Below are positions 33,001 through 41,426 of a stretch of 64,000 nt of DNA, piece after piece; position 1 is the first letter of the stretch, and each line of letters starts with the position of its first letter. A model generated the notes under the pieces. The model was not told the origin of the DNA, ran no database searches, and saw only the letters and a list, made by a program, of their open reading frames with translations. Made by a program: the position numbers and the translations under genes. Origin of the DNA: Phycisphaerae bacterium (lineage in GTDB: Bacteria; Planctomycetota; Phycisphaerae; UBA1845). The stretch is taken from positions 126,086 through 190,085 of the forward strand of contig JAJDDY010000027.1 in NCBI GenBank assembly GCA_029260075.1. The letters run 5' to 3'.

Positions 33001-33055
33001 TGCCGTGAATCCATTCTCGGCACCTGCCAAGGAGCGAGAAAGGATTCATGCTCCA
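33001..33055. repeat. Family-C-like repeat pair in inverted orientation
   Basis: GTGAATCCATTCTCGGCACC ... GAGCGAGAAAGGATTCATGCTCC. Confidence 0.55.
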
Positions 33056-33088
33056 GCGACACACAATGCACACGCCGCCCGTCGCGAC

Positions 33089-34222
33089 TTACGCCAGCCC
33101 TCGCCCCGCGAACTGCTCGAAACGCAAGAGGTCAGCCTGAGCGACTGACGGGGCCGAGTTCTCGATCACACTCATTATATCCTTCATGGCGATCGATCGC
33201 GCATCACCGCCCGAAATCGCCTCCATAAAGGGTAATTGTGCGGAACGCTGCGCGATATTTTTGATATCCGCCCCAGTGTAGCCGTTCAACCGGTCGCAAA
33301 GGGCGCCGAAATCGACATCATCGGACAATGGTCGATCGCCGAAATAGATCTCCAGCAAGCGAAAGACGGCCGGGGCGTCCGGGACGCCGACGTAAATCTT
33401 CGAGTCCAACCGACCGGGGCGGAGCATGGCTTCATCCAACATCCAGGGTCGATTCGTCGCGCCCACGAACAACAGCGGACGGTCCGACTGACGATCGAAA
33501 CCCTCAAGCTCCTGAAGGATTTGCGGGACGACGCGCTGCATGACCGTGGAGCCACCGCTCTTTCGCTTGGGCACCAGCGCCTCTGTCTCATCGAGGAAGA
33601 TGACGGCGGTGTCTTCTGCCTTGGCTGTTTCGAAAAGCTTGCGAATGTTTTGCTCGGCTTCGCCGACCCACTTGCTAAGCATTTGCGCCGGGCTGACCAC
33701 GAAGAACGTCGCGTCGATTTCGTGGGCGATTGCTTTGGCGATCATCGTCTTGCCCGTGCCGGGCGGGCCGTAGAGCAATACACCCCCGCCGCTGTTGATG
33801 CCATATTTCTGGGCCAATTCGCGGTGGGCGAAGGGGTAGATCATCTTGAGGCGAATCTCCTCCTTCACGTCTTCAAGACCGGCGATGTCGTCGAAGCCGA
33901 TATTGGGCTTGTCCTTAACGATCCAATCGGAAGCGTCGGCGCCGGAGTCGTCTTCCTTTTCGCGCTGCCCGCCGGACCCACCGCGCCGCCCCTTCCGGCC
34001 GCCGGTGTGAAGGCGATCGCAATCCTTCGCCAGATCAATCAACTCGGTCGCGAGCTCTTCATGCTGACGCCGGGCTTCACCCGTCTTGGCGCCCTCGGCC
34101 ATCTCAAGCATGCACTCAGCCGCATCGACCAAATACGACTTGGCCGCAAGGTAGTCCCCACCCTTGTAGGCGTCGACACCCTTGCTCTTTAGTCGTTCAA
34201 ATGTTGTGAAAGAAACTGTCAT
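33089..34222 (-). CDS. Vps4-like AAA+ ATPase (meiotic clade) with N-terminal MIT domain
   Basis: N-terminal three-helix MIT-like region (KGVDAYKGGDYLAAKSYLVDAAECMLEMAEG...). Walker A GPPGTGKT, Walker B IFLDE. C-terminal helix DLLRFEQFAGRG closely resembles Vps4 C-terminal LLKQEQFTRDFG. Confidence 0.85.
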   Translation of the reverse strand: MTVSFTTFERLKSKGVDAYKGGDYLAAKSYLVDAAECMLEMAEGAKTGEARRQHEELATELIDLAKDCDRLHTGGRKGRRGGSGGQREKEDDSGADASDWIVKDKPNIGFDDIAGLEDVKEEIRLKMIYPFAHRELAQKYGINSGGGVLLYGPPGTGKTMIAKAIAHEIDATFFVVSPAQMLSKWVGEAEQNIRKLFETAKAEDTAVIFLDETEALVPKRKSGGSTVMQRVVPQILQELEGFDRQSDRPLLFVGATNRPWMLDEAMLRPGRLDSKIYVGVPDAPAVFRLLEIYFGDRPLSDDVDFGALCDRLNGYTGADIKNIAQRSAQLPFMEAISGGDARSIAMKDIMSVIENSAPSVAQADLLRFEQFAGRGLA

Positions 34223-34279
34223 AAAGAGTAGTCAATACATGCCGCCAGCCTAGCATGGCTCCCCCTAACCCCACAATTC

Positions 34280-34888
34280 CTACTTCTGCTTCTCACCCTG
34301 CTGTTTCAGTGAATTCAACTCCGCACGCAAGCCAGCGAGTTTTCCTAGTTCGCGTTGATGCTCGGCCTCCGTCTCGGCTTCGATCATGCGGTCGATTTCT
34401 TCATCGCCCAAGGCCTCGCCCGCCTTGCCCATTTCTGCATCCTGCGACGCGATGTCTTCGACGCTGTCGAGGAACATGTCCATGCGTTCCTCCATAGTCT
34501 GCGACTGCGCCATCGCCTTTTCCCAATCGCCCTGCGTCTTGACGAGGTCGGTCTCGCCGAAGAGGCGGCCGATTTCGGTGGCCATAATGCCCATGGCCTG
34601 TGCGAAGTCTGCCGACGCCTCCGCCTGACGTTTGATCAAGAGTGCGTTCTTCACCGACAGGAGTTGCCGTTCGAGCATTTTTCGGATCGTGGCCGTCTTC
34701 TTGAGGGAGTTGCGAATGAACTGATATTGGCTGGTGTCGCCAATCTTCTTGGCGTGGCGGGCGTTCTTGATGAATTCGTCTTGAAACTTGCCCTGCTCAC
34801 GAATGGACTTCTCGATCCGACGGATACCCTGCCGAATCTTGATGTCCCGCTCGATGCGGCGTTCTTCCGGTGATTTGAATAGTCCCAT
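34280..34888 (-). CDS. Snf7/ESCRT-III-like protein (basic N-terminal helical hairpin, acidic C-terminus with MIM-like motif)
   Basis: 202 aa, MGLF start. Basic N half, acidic C half. C-terminal EEIDRMIEAE...LGKLAGLRAELNSLK resembles CHMP MIM1. Adjacent to the MIT-AAA ATPase. Confidence 0.75.
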   Translation of the reverse strand: MGLFKSPEERRIERDIKIRQGIRRIEKSIREQGKFQDEFIKNARHAKKIGDTSQYQFIRNSLKKTATIRKMLERQLLSVKNALLIKRQAEASADFAQAMGIMATEIGRLFGETDLVKTQGDWEKAMAQSQTMEERMDMFLDSVEDIASQDAEMGKAGEALGDEEIDRMIEAETEAEHQRELGKLAGLRAELNSLKQQGEKQK

Positions 34889-34984
34889 GGTGTCAGTTCC
34901 CGTTACTTGCCTACGAGGTCAAACCAACGAAGTGCCGCGTCTACGTCCCTCAGTCGCCCAAAGCGCGTCCAAGATGCATCTTTC

Positions 34985-35053
34985 CGAGCCGCGACCGTGA
35001 CGGAGCGGTCGGGGATCGTGGGCGAAGACCGCTCCCTTACGGTCGCGGCTCGG
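34985..35053. repeat. Family-A repeat, copy 5 (core only; 3' of pspC-like gene)
   Basis: CCGAGCCGCGACCGTGACGGAGCGGTCGGGGATCGTGGGCGAAGACCGCTCCCTTACGGTCGCGGCTCGG. Confidence 0.85.
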
Positions 35054-35115
35054 TTTGTCATCACGCTCATTAAACACGCTCTAAGTCCCTTCGTCTCTTC
35101 TTCCCTACGTCTCTT

Positions 35116-35322
35116 CTAATAATACTCCCGCTCAGGGATCAACAGCCACAGGATGATGTAGATGAGGATTCCCGGAAACGCCGCGGAAAAAATCGACGCC
35201 AAGACATAGACGACCCGCACAACGGTCGGATCGATCCCGGCGTATTCTCCGAGACCGCCGCACACACCGGCGACGTTCCGATCAATAACGCTTCTTCGTA
35301 ATGGTTGAGAGAGATTTCCCAT
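35116..35322 (-). CDS. PspC-domain small membrane protein
   Basis: RRSVIDRNVAGVCGGLGEYAGIDPTVVRVVYV + TM is a canonical PspC domain. Start trimmed; the track ORF N-terminus is translation of a repeat element. Confidence 0.7.
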   Translation of the reverse strand: MGNLSQPLRRSVIDRNVAGVCGGLGEYAGIDPTVVRVVYVLASIFSAAFPGILIYIILWLLIPEREYY

Positions 35323-35375
35323 CGCTACATCCGCTTCGCCTGTTTTTCCTAAGGGCGTGTTCGAGACGCCATTTG

Positions 35376-35445
35376 CCGAGCCGCGCCCGTAAGGAAGCTG
35401 TCGGAGATCGTGGGCGAAGACCGCTCCCTTACGATCGCGGCTCCG
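35376..35445. repeat. Family-A repeat, copy 6 (core; 5' of pspC-like gene; spacer nearly identical to copy 5)
   Basis: CCGAGCCGCGCCCGTAAGGAAGCTGTCGGAGATCGTGGGCGAAGACCGCTCCCTTACGATCGCGGCTCCG. Confidence 0.85.
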
Positions 35446-35545
35446 TTCGACGAAACCCTTCATAGGCACCCTCTAAGTCTTGAGCCTGCCGTCGGTCGGG
35501 TTCATTGATCGCACTATGTCTTTGATCTACGCATTGACGAATCCA

Positions 35546-36151
35546 TCATCCCTCCGGCGTCGCGTGTCGCTCGCGTACGGTGCGGTCGGCTTCGTCGAAT
35601 CCTTCCGTCGCGTCAACTATGACACCGGTATCCATCTTATCCCATACGTTGAGCACGCTCTGACCGGCTGACGTCATACCGTCTGCACCCTCGTCCACGC
35701 CGGCGCCGATCGAAAGAATTTCGTCCAAACGCTCGTGATAGATTTCCGCGCGAACCGAGTCCGACTCGATCAGATTGCTGATGCGCAAGAGATCGGTCTC
35801 GCTGACCAAGCCGAGCTTGTTGGACTGCCCGGCGCGGTCCGCGTTTTCGCGCAGCATACGCAAACGCGACACGGTAAGCATTTCCTTGCTACGAATGTTA
35901 AGCTGCCGGGCGAGCATGAGTTGCTCGGTCGTGCGCATCTCGAATTCCTGAGCGAGAACGCGCCGCAATTCGGGCGTCTTTTCCGTCGAACCTCGATCGA
36001 ACAGCTTCTGCTTGTCGGCTGCGATTTTCTCGACCTTGCGCAGAAGCTGGTTGCGATCCTTCTCTAGCAACAACTCCTGCCGGCGCAACTCAGCCCTCGT
36101 CATTTGCGACAGGGGCTTCTTGCGTTTAGTTAGCCATTCAAGAAACGCCAT
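35546..36151 (-). CDS. Snf7/ESCRT-III-like protein (second paralogue)
   Basis: 201 aa. Basic coiled-coil N half (LRRQELLLEKDRNQLLRKVEKIAADKQKL) and acidic C half, similar in architecture to 34280-34888. Confidence 0.65.
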   Translation of the reverse strand: MAFLEWLTKRKKPLSQMTRAELRRQELLLEKDRNQLLRKVEKIAADKQKLFDRGSTEKTPELRRVLAQEFEMRTTEQLMLARQLNIRSKEMLTVSRLRMLRENADRAGQSNKLGLVSETDLLRISNLIESDSVRAEIYHERLDEILSIGAGVDEGADGMTSAGQSVLNVWDKMDTGVIVDATEGFDEADRTVRERHATPEG

Positions 36152-36232
36152 GAATCAAACCGTACCTCCACGCAACAATCGGATTCTTTGCCAGTCGAAC
36201 CACGCCGGACGCTATGGGCCGACGCTACGCGA

Positions 36233-37702
36233 TCATGTCGGCTCGGCATCAGCGCGACGCGATTGATCCGCATCGTGATCTGACGACGGCGGTTCCTCGA
36301 CCGGATCTCTTGCAACCCCACGCTCGGTCGCCACTGGTGGTATCGGCGTCGCAGCCTGCTTCGGTGCACTCGATGCGTCAGCCACCGCCGGCGCGTCGTC
36401 GGCTTCAAACTCCTTGAGTATCGCCAGCTCGTCGTCGCTAATCAGCGTCTCTTCGATTCCGGTCTCCAAACTTCCAACCAACTCCGCGTCAGCTTGGAGC
36501 GTTTCGAGCATTTCCTCAGCCTTCACGGCGTTCTCAGTCAGCGTTTCCGTATCGGGGAGGCTGGCCATTTCGCCCTGCTGAATGAGCGTGAGGTTGTGGA
36601 TGTCCGTGCTGATGATGTCGATCTGTTTGTTGAGCATCGCAGCCGTCGTGTTCTGCCGGCCGATGTCCTTACGCAATTGGGCGAGTTGTGCGGCGATGCG
36701 ACGTTTGGGCACCTGCGACTTGGCGGCTTTGCCCTGCTCGAACAGGTTGGCCTCTTTCTTTTCCAACTGCCCGATGTCTTCATAGATGCGGTCGCGTCGC
36801 TGAGCGAGGAGCGCGCGGCGTTCAGCCAGCACGTTGATCTTCTCCCCCTCGTCGCCCTCGCTACCGAACAACTGCTTGATGCGATCGATGACATTCATCG
36901 ATTTTCTCTCCTGCGACGCCACCGGGGCGCCTCGAAACAATAGAAGTTCACCGTCTTTGTCCGCCACGTGCAGCTCTTGATCGGCCGACGCCAGTTCACG
37001 CATTCCGTCGCGTACGATGTGCTGCGGGAGACCCATCTTCCGCGCCACCGACGACGCGGACAGACCGCCCGTGAGCAAATCGGCGCTATGCTCCTCAACG
37101 ACGCGGCGGACACGCTGCGTCTTCTCCGTCGTGCCTTCCGGGTCGAACAGCTTGAGCAGACGCGCGTCCGTGTGTTCAGCCGACGAACTCGTTTGCCATC
37201 CGCCGTGCCCGTCCGGTTCCACAAGCACGACCGACACGTTAGGCATATCGATCTTGGCCGCCTTGGCTTCGTCGGTAAAACCCGTGGGGCTGCACACGCC
37301 GACAACCTGCGGCACGCGGGCATCGGCGGTCAATCGCCGAACATGATCGACGAGTTCACCAAGCCCGATCGCAGGGGCGTCGCCATCATCGTCGGACGCA
37401 AAGTGGCTCAGCGGCGACAACACCGTCGCTATCGCTGCTCCGGTCTCACGTTTCGTAATCAGGAAATGCCGTTCGTAACCGCGTAGGACGATTCGGCGAT
37501 TGGCCGGCAGCGACTTGAGCCTCTCGCGGTCGTAGATTCGATTGGACGCCAGCAGAGCACGCACGCGGTCACTCTGATCATTGCGCACCAACTGCCAGAT
37601 CGACCCGCGAAGCTGTTTCCCCTTCGCGGCTTCGAAATTCGTCAACACGCCCGACAGAAAGTCGGTCTCTAGTTGAAAGGCTCGCTGAGCGTCTGTTGTC
37701 AT
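36233..37702 (-). CDS. Fusion protein: unknown ~265-aa N-terminal domain with wHTH-like segment + C-terminal Snf7/ESCRT-III-like domain
   Basis: C-terminal 220 aa (from MNVIDRIKQLFG) repeat the Snf7-like basic/acidic helical pattern. No stop separates it from the N-terminal domain. Confidence 0.65.
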   Translation of the reverse strand: MTTDAQRAFQLETDFLSGVLTNFEAAKGKQLRGSIWQLVRNDQSDRVRALLASNRIYDRERLKSLPANRRIVLRGYERHFLITKRETGAAIATVLSPLSHFASDDDGDAPAIGLGELVDHVRRLTADARVPQVVGVCSPTGFTDEAKAAKIDMPNVSVVLVEPDGHGGWQTSSSAEHTDARLLKLFDPEGTTEKTQRVRRVVEEHSADLLTGGLSASSVARKMGLPQHIVRDGMRELASADQELHVADKDGELLLFRGAPVASQERKSMNVIDRIKQLFGSEGDEGEKINVLAERRALLAQRRDRIYEDIGQLEKKEANLFEQGKAAKSQVPKRRIAAQLAQLRKDIGRQNTTAAMLNKQIDIISTDIHNLTLIQQGEMASLPDTETLTENAVKAEEMLETLQADAELVGSLETGIEETLISDDELAILKEFEADDAPAVADASSAPKQAATPIPPVATERGVARDPVEEPPSSDHDADQSRRADAEPT

Positions 37703-37731
37703 AGGTTAACAGCTTCACAAACATTCGACCG

Positions 37732-37998
37732 TTACGCAAGCGGCGCACCGCAATGTCCACAATACCTGGCGCCGCGGCGACGCTCGATGCGTCCACATCC
37801 CTCTCGCGTGCAGACCGGTTCGTTCGACGCCACCGGCTTGGCCATGTCGGGCAATCGATCGCGACGAAACCCAAACAAGTTCGCAAGCCCCGAGACCAAC
37901 CACCCGATCGTTCGCCCGATCAGATAGATCACTCCGAAGAGAAATGCGGCGCATCCGAACAGGAGCACGAAAATAATCAGCAGGCTCTCGCCGTGCAT
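37732..37998 (-). CDS. Small membrane protein with C-terminal zinc ribbon
   Basis: TM (LLIIFVLLFGCAAFLFGVIYLIG) + CTREGCG...CGHCG. Sits between the kinase and the ESCRT-like cluster. Confidence 0.45.
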   Translation of the reverse strand: MHGESLLIIFVLLFGCAAFLFGVIYLIGRTIGWLVSGLANLFGFRRDRLPDMAKPVASNEPVCTREGCGRIERRRGARYCGHCGAPLA

Positions 37999-38013
37999 TA
38001 CCGGTCCCCAGTG

Positions 38014-39057
38014 TCATTGAGTAACGCGTCGTAGATCGTGACCGCACAAAATACAAAACCGATCGTTCGCGTGGACGCTGGCGCTGCACTCCGAACACGC
38101 CAACACGCGATCGACCACCTGCCGTCCGCAGTAGATACAAAACTGATCGTCGTCATGAACCGACCGCCCACAACCCACGCACTTCGTACCGCACGGCACT
38201 GCCACCGGCGGGGGTGGTGGTGGTGGTGGCACGGACGTGTGATCATCAGGCGAAAGCGCCGCGAGCATCTCGCGCGTCGAAGCAAACCGCCGATCCAACC
38301 GCGTGTAGCAGCGACGGAATACGTCGTCCAAGTACGGCGGCACGTCGCGACGTAGTGAGCCGGGCGTGTCTCCGCCCTGCGGTCGCTCGCCAGTTAGCAT
38401 TTCGCACAAAAGCACGCCGCAGGAGTACAGATCGCTCCGTCCGTCGAGCGGATGACCCGCCTTCTGTTCCGGCGACATGTACGCCAGCGTGCCGGCGATG
38501 CTCCGCCCCTCTTCCGCCGCCATGCTTCCGCTCTGCATAATCGACTGCGTCGTGACCCCGCCCACATGACCAAGCCCGAAATCCGTCACCCGCACGGACT
38601 TCTCCGTGATCGTCGCCAAGTCCGACGGCGGAAGGTGCAACAGGATGTTCGCCGGCTTGATGTCGCGGTGAATCACTCCGCCATCATGGGCCACGGTAAG
38701 CGCCGACAACACACCGCGCATGATCGTCAACGCCGCCGAGATCGGCATCGCTGACTTGTATTCGTCGATAATCTCGCGCACCGACGGACCGTTCACGTAT
38801 TCCATGATGAGGTAAGGCGGCTCGGCGTATGGATCCAAGTCGATCGCGCGAACGATGTTGTGGTGTTTGAGGCCGTGAACAGCCACACCCTCGCGCTGCA
38901 GGTTGCGCACGTATTGCGGATCGGTCGGAATCTTGATGGCGACAAGATCGTCGAACACATGGTGCCGCGCACGCCAGACCACACCGAAGCTTCCAGCGCC
39001 AACACGCGTCTCAAGCACGTAGTTGTTGATCCGATCACCTTCGTGTTGGGCTGACAT
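38014..39057 (-). CDS. Ser/Thr protein kinase with poly-Pro linker and two C-terminal zinc ribbons
   Basis: GxGxxG (VGAGSFGVV), VAIK, HRDIKPANILL, DFG, SPE motifs. PPPPPPPP. CxxC...CxxC x2. Confidence 0.88.
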   Translation of the reverse strand: MSAQHEGDRINNYVLETRVGAGSFGVVWRARHHVFDDLVAIKIPTDPQYVRNLQREGVAVHGLKHHNIVRAIDLDPYAEPPYLIMEYVNGPSVREIIDEYKSAMPISAALTIMRGVLSALTVAHDGGVIHRDIKPANILLHLPPSDLATITEKSVRVTDFGLGHVGGVTTQSIMQSGSMAAEEGRSIAGTLAYMSPEQKAGHPLDGRSDLYSCGVLLCEMLTGERPQGGDTPGSLRRDVPPYLDDVFRRCYTRLDRRFASTREMLAALSPDDHTSVPPPPPPPPVAVPCGTKCVGCGRSVHDDDQFCIYCGRQVVDRVLACSECSASVHANDRFCILCGHDLRRVTQ

Positions 39058-39095
39058 AGTCCAAGATCCTCTCGACGCGGCTGAGGCTGGGCGAG

Positions 39096-39500
39096 CTATC
39101 TCATCTCCAAACGCTCAGCCTGATACTCGCAAACCTTAAAATTATAAGCAGCCGCAGAGAGAAATCCAAGAACAAGCACCATCCACGTCAAGGCGTTGTG
39201 CCCACTGAGCCCCCCGATCAGCACGATAGCCACGATGGCATCCACCAGCGACAACCCGACCAGCAGGAGTGCGGCGCCGACGTTGGATTCTTTCGATACG
39301 ACCCACGTCGTTACGAAAAACGACACCCAAGGCACCATGAGCACGATACCAATCCATACGAGCACGTATTTCACCGTCACCCAAATGGTTTCGAGCGCTT
39401 CCGGGTGCTTCCAGAACCATATCACCGCACCGGCGCCCGAGACGACAAGAATCGCGGTGAGCACCTTAGCGCCCACGTATTGTCCGATAGCCGAAAACAT
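39096..39500 (-). CDS. Hypothetical multi-TM membrane protein
   Basis: 4 predicted TM helices. ATG with AAGGA SD; the track ORF starts at an upstream TTG. Confidence 0.55.
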   Translation of the reverse strand: MFSAIGQYVGAKVLTAILVVSGAGAVIWFWKHPEALETIWVTVKYVLVWIGIVLMVPWVSFFVTTWVVSKESNVGAALLLVGLSLVDAIVAIVLIGGLSGHNALTWMVLVLGFLSAAAYNFKVCEYQAERLEMR

Positions 39501-39885
39501 GAATTCGCCATCCTTACGCAAGAGATCGTTCGCAATCGAGAAGCGACGTGCGAACCTACCGATACCCTACCGCGCCCCACGTCGCACGGCGATTACAAAG
39601 ACCGACTCCCTCTATAATTCGCGTTTTGCGCCGGTTTATCCGCGTAGGAGCGGCGGACAACCCCCAGACGCGTGGTCGGGGCAACTGGATCCGGGGGGCG
39701 CGCCGCGACGCTGTCGCTACACACAGGAATCCCAAACGGCGCAGCCATGGCACGCCAAGACTGGCCGACGACAAGGTATCGCATGAGTGCTAACTCACGA
39801 GCAGGCGGGTCACCAACGAAGCCCAGTATCGCACAAGAATCTCGTACGCTTCGCGCAACAACCTAGTGCTCTGGCACAGCTAGAA

Positions 39886-40005
39886 TGACGGGATTACCGA
39901 GCCGCGACTGTGAGTGAGCGAATGTTTGAAAACCAATCGTGACGGCTCGCAAGCGCTCCCTCACGGTCGCGGATCGGATCGAACGAACCGGTCACGTCAG
40001 TCGTG
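39886..40005. repeat. Family-A repeat, copy 7
   Basis: TGACGGGATTACCGAGCCGCGACTGTGAGTGAGCG...CGCTCCCTCACGGTCGCGGATCGGATCGAACGAACCGGTCAC. Confidence 0.85.
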
Positions 40006-40013
40006 ACGAAGCA

Positions 40014-41426
40014 TTAGTCGAAGCTGGAAACCAGAACGATGCGGTGTTTTCCCGAAGCCTTAGCCTGATAGAGAGATCTGTCGGCGACCCGGATTAGTGA
40101 CTCGGGGTCCGGAATGTCCGGCGTGCTGACGCACGCGATGCCCATGCTGAACGTTGTTCGGACCTCAGGAATTCGCTCGGCAAGTCGCCGGGCGAATGCC
40201 TCGGCGATGCGTTCGGCAAGCGTGTGGGCGCTCGCGCCATCAGTCTGCGGGAGGATCGCGACGAACTCGTCACCGCCGAACCGGGCGGCCATGTCCGCAG
40301 CACGTAACTCGCCGTCGATGGTCGAAGCCGCGAGCACCAACACATCGTCGCCGACTTGATGGCCAAAGGCGTCGTTGACGGCCTTGAAATCGTCAAGGTC
40401 AATCATGATACATGACAACTCGGTGTCATATCTCTTGGCTTCGGAGAAACGGCGATTGAGCATGTCATTCAAATGGCGGCGATTGAACAGACCGGTCAGC
40501 GGATCACGGGATGCCAGTTCCCGAAGTTGCCGCGTGCGCTGCATCACGCGACGCTCAAGGTCCGCGTTCATCGTAACCAGTCTATCGTGCGTCTCCTGAT
40601 GCAAGTCTGCCATCGCATTGAACGCATTGACCAGTTTCCCAACCTCGTCGCTACGCCGCGTCTTGCTTCTTATGTCTAGGTCGCCACGGGAGAACTGATG
40701 CATGGCGTCCGCCAATCCATCCAGCGGGGCCACAATACGTCGCACGAGAAAAAAGCCCAAGGGGATCACGATCATCGTGGCGAGCAGCGCGATACCGATC
40801 ACCAGATCCAATCGGCTGGCGATGCTGCGAGACCAGCCACTCGCCCCCATCCCCATGCGCACGTAACCCACCAAACGTGTTGTTCCTCCGCCGGGATGAT
40901 CAAGCTCATCCTCGGTCGCCTCGTGCGCGATTCGTGTAGTGATCGGGTAGACGACATCAATGAGCGCCGCACCGCTTTCGGGTTGCCAAAGGACCGGCTG
41001 ACCGGGAACGGGAATGCCACGGTGCATTCTTGCCGCCACCGCATTGAGCACACGTATATGACGACTCTGGGCGCTGGCGTACACGTGACCTTCAGCGTCC
41101 GTGATGATGACGTACTTCACCGGATCACCGTTGGCGACTCTGCGTGCCAAGCGCTTGAGGTTCGAAGGATCTCGTGTCGACCATTGAGACTCCGCCGCCT
41201 TGGACAGCAGACCAGCTAGCTGTACCAAATGCGACCGATGTTGATCGCGAACCACAGTCGCACTTGTCTTGAGAATGTAACCGGCGACGGCAGCGGCGAC
41301 CGAAAGCGTCAGCAAGACAACCAGGACTGTCGCCTTGAACTGGAGTGTCTGCGCAGCGCCGAGAAGACCGCGCCCGGCGGTCGACAAAGTGCTCCGAACC
41401 GTATCGTCTGTGTACTCGTCTGCCAT
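40014..41426 (-). CDS. Diguanylate cyclase (TM sensor-HAMP-GGDEF)
   Basis: HAMP region, then GG(D/E)EF-domain motifs (RFGGDEF, DDFKAVND). Start trimmed to the ATG preceding the first TM; the upstream part of the track ORF overlaps the neighbouring gene. Confidence 0.85.
   Translation of the reverse strand: MADEYTDDTVRSTLSTAGRGLLGAAQTLQFKATVLVVLLTLSVAAAVAGYILKTSATVVRDQHRSHLVQLAGLLSKAAESQWSTRDPSNLKRLARRVANGDPVKYVIITDAEGHVYASAQSRHIRVLNAVAARMHRGIPVPGQPVLWQPESGAALIDVVYPITTRIAHEATEDELDHPGGGTTRLVGYVRMGMGASGWSRSIASRLDLVIGIALLATMIVIPLGFFLVRRIVAPLDGLADAMHQFSRGDLDIRSKTRRSDEVGKLVNAFNAMADLHQETHDRLVTMNADLERRVMQRTRQLRELASRDPLTGLFNRRHLNDMLNRRFSEAKRYDTELSCIMIDLDDFKAVNDAFGHQVGDDVLVLAASTIDGELRAADMAARFGGDEFVAILPQTDGASAHTLAERIAEAFARRLAERIPEVRTTFSMGIACVSTPDIPDPESLIRVADRSLYQAKASGKHRIVLVSSFD

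Noticed and set aside
33236-34192. 318-aa plus-strand ORF
   Set aside because: Antisense to the Vps4-like ATPase gene, which has strong motifs.
35323-35469. N-terminal 49 codons of the track ORF 35116-35469
   Set aside because: They are a translation of a family-A palindromic repeat (Arg/Gly-rich, no SD). The PspC domain begins at the internal ATG.
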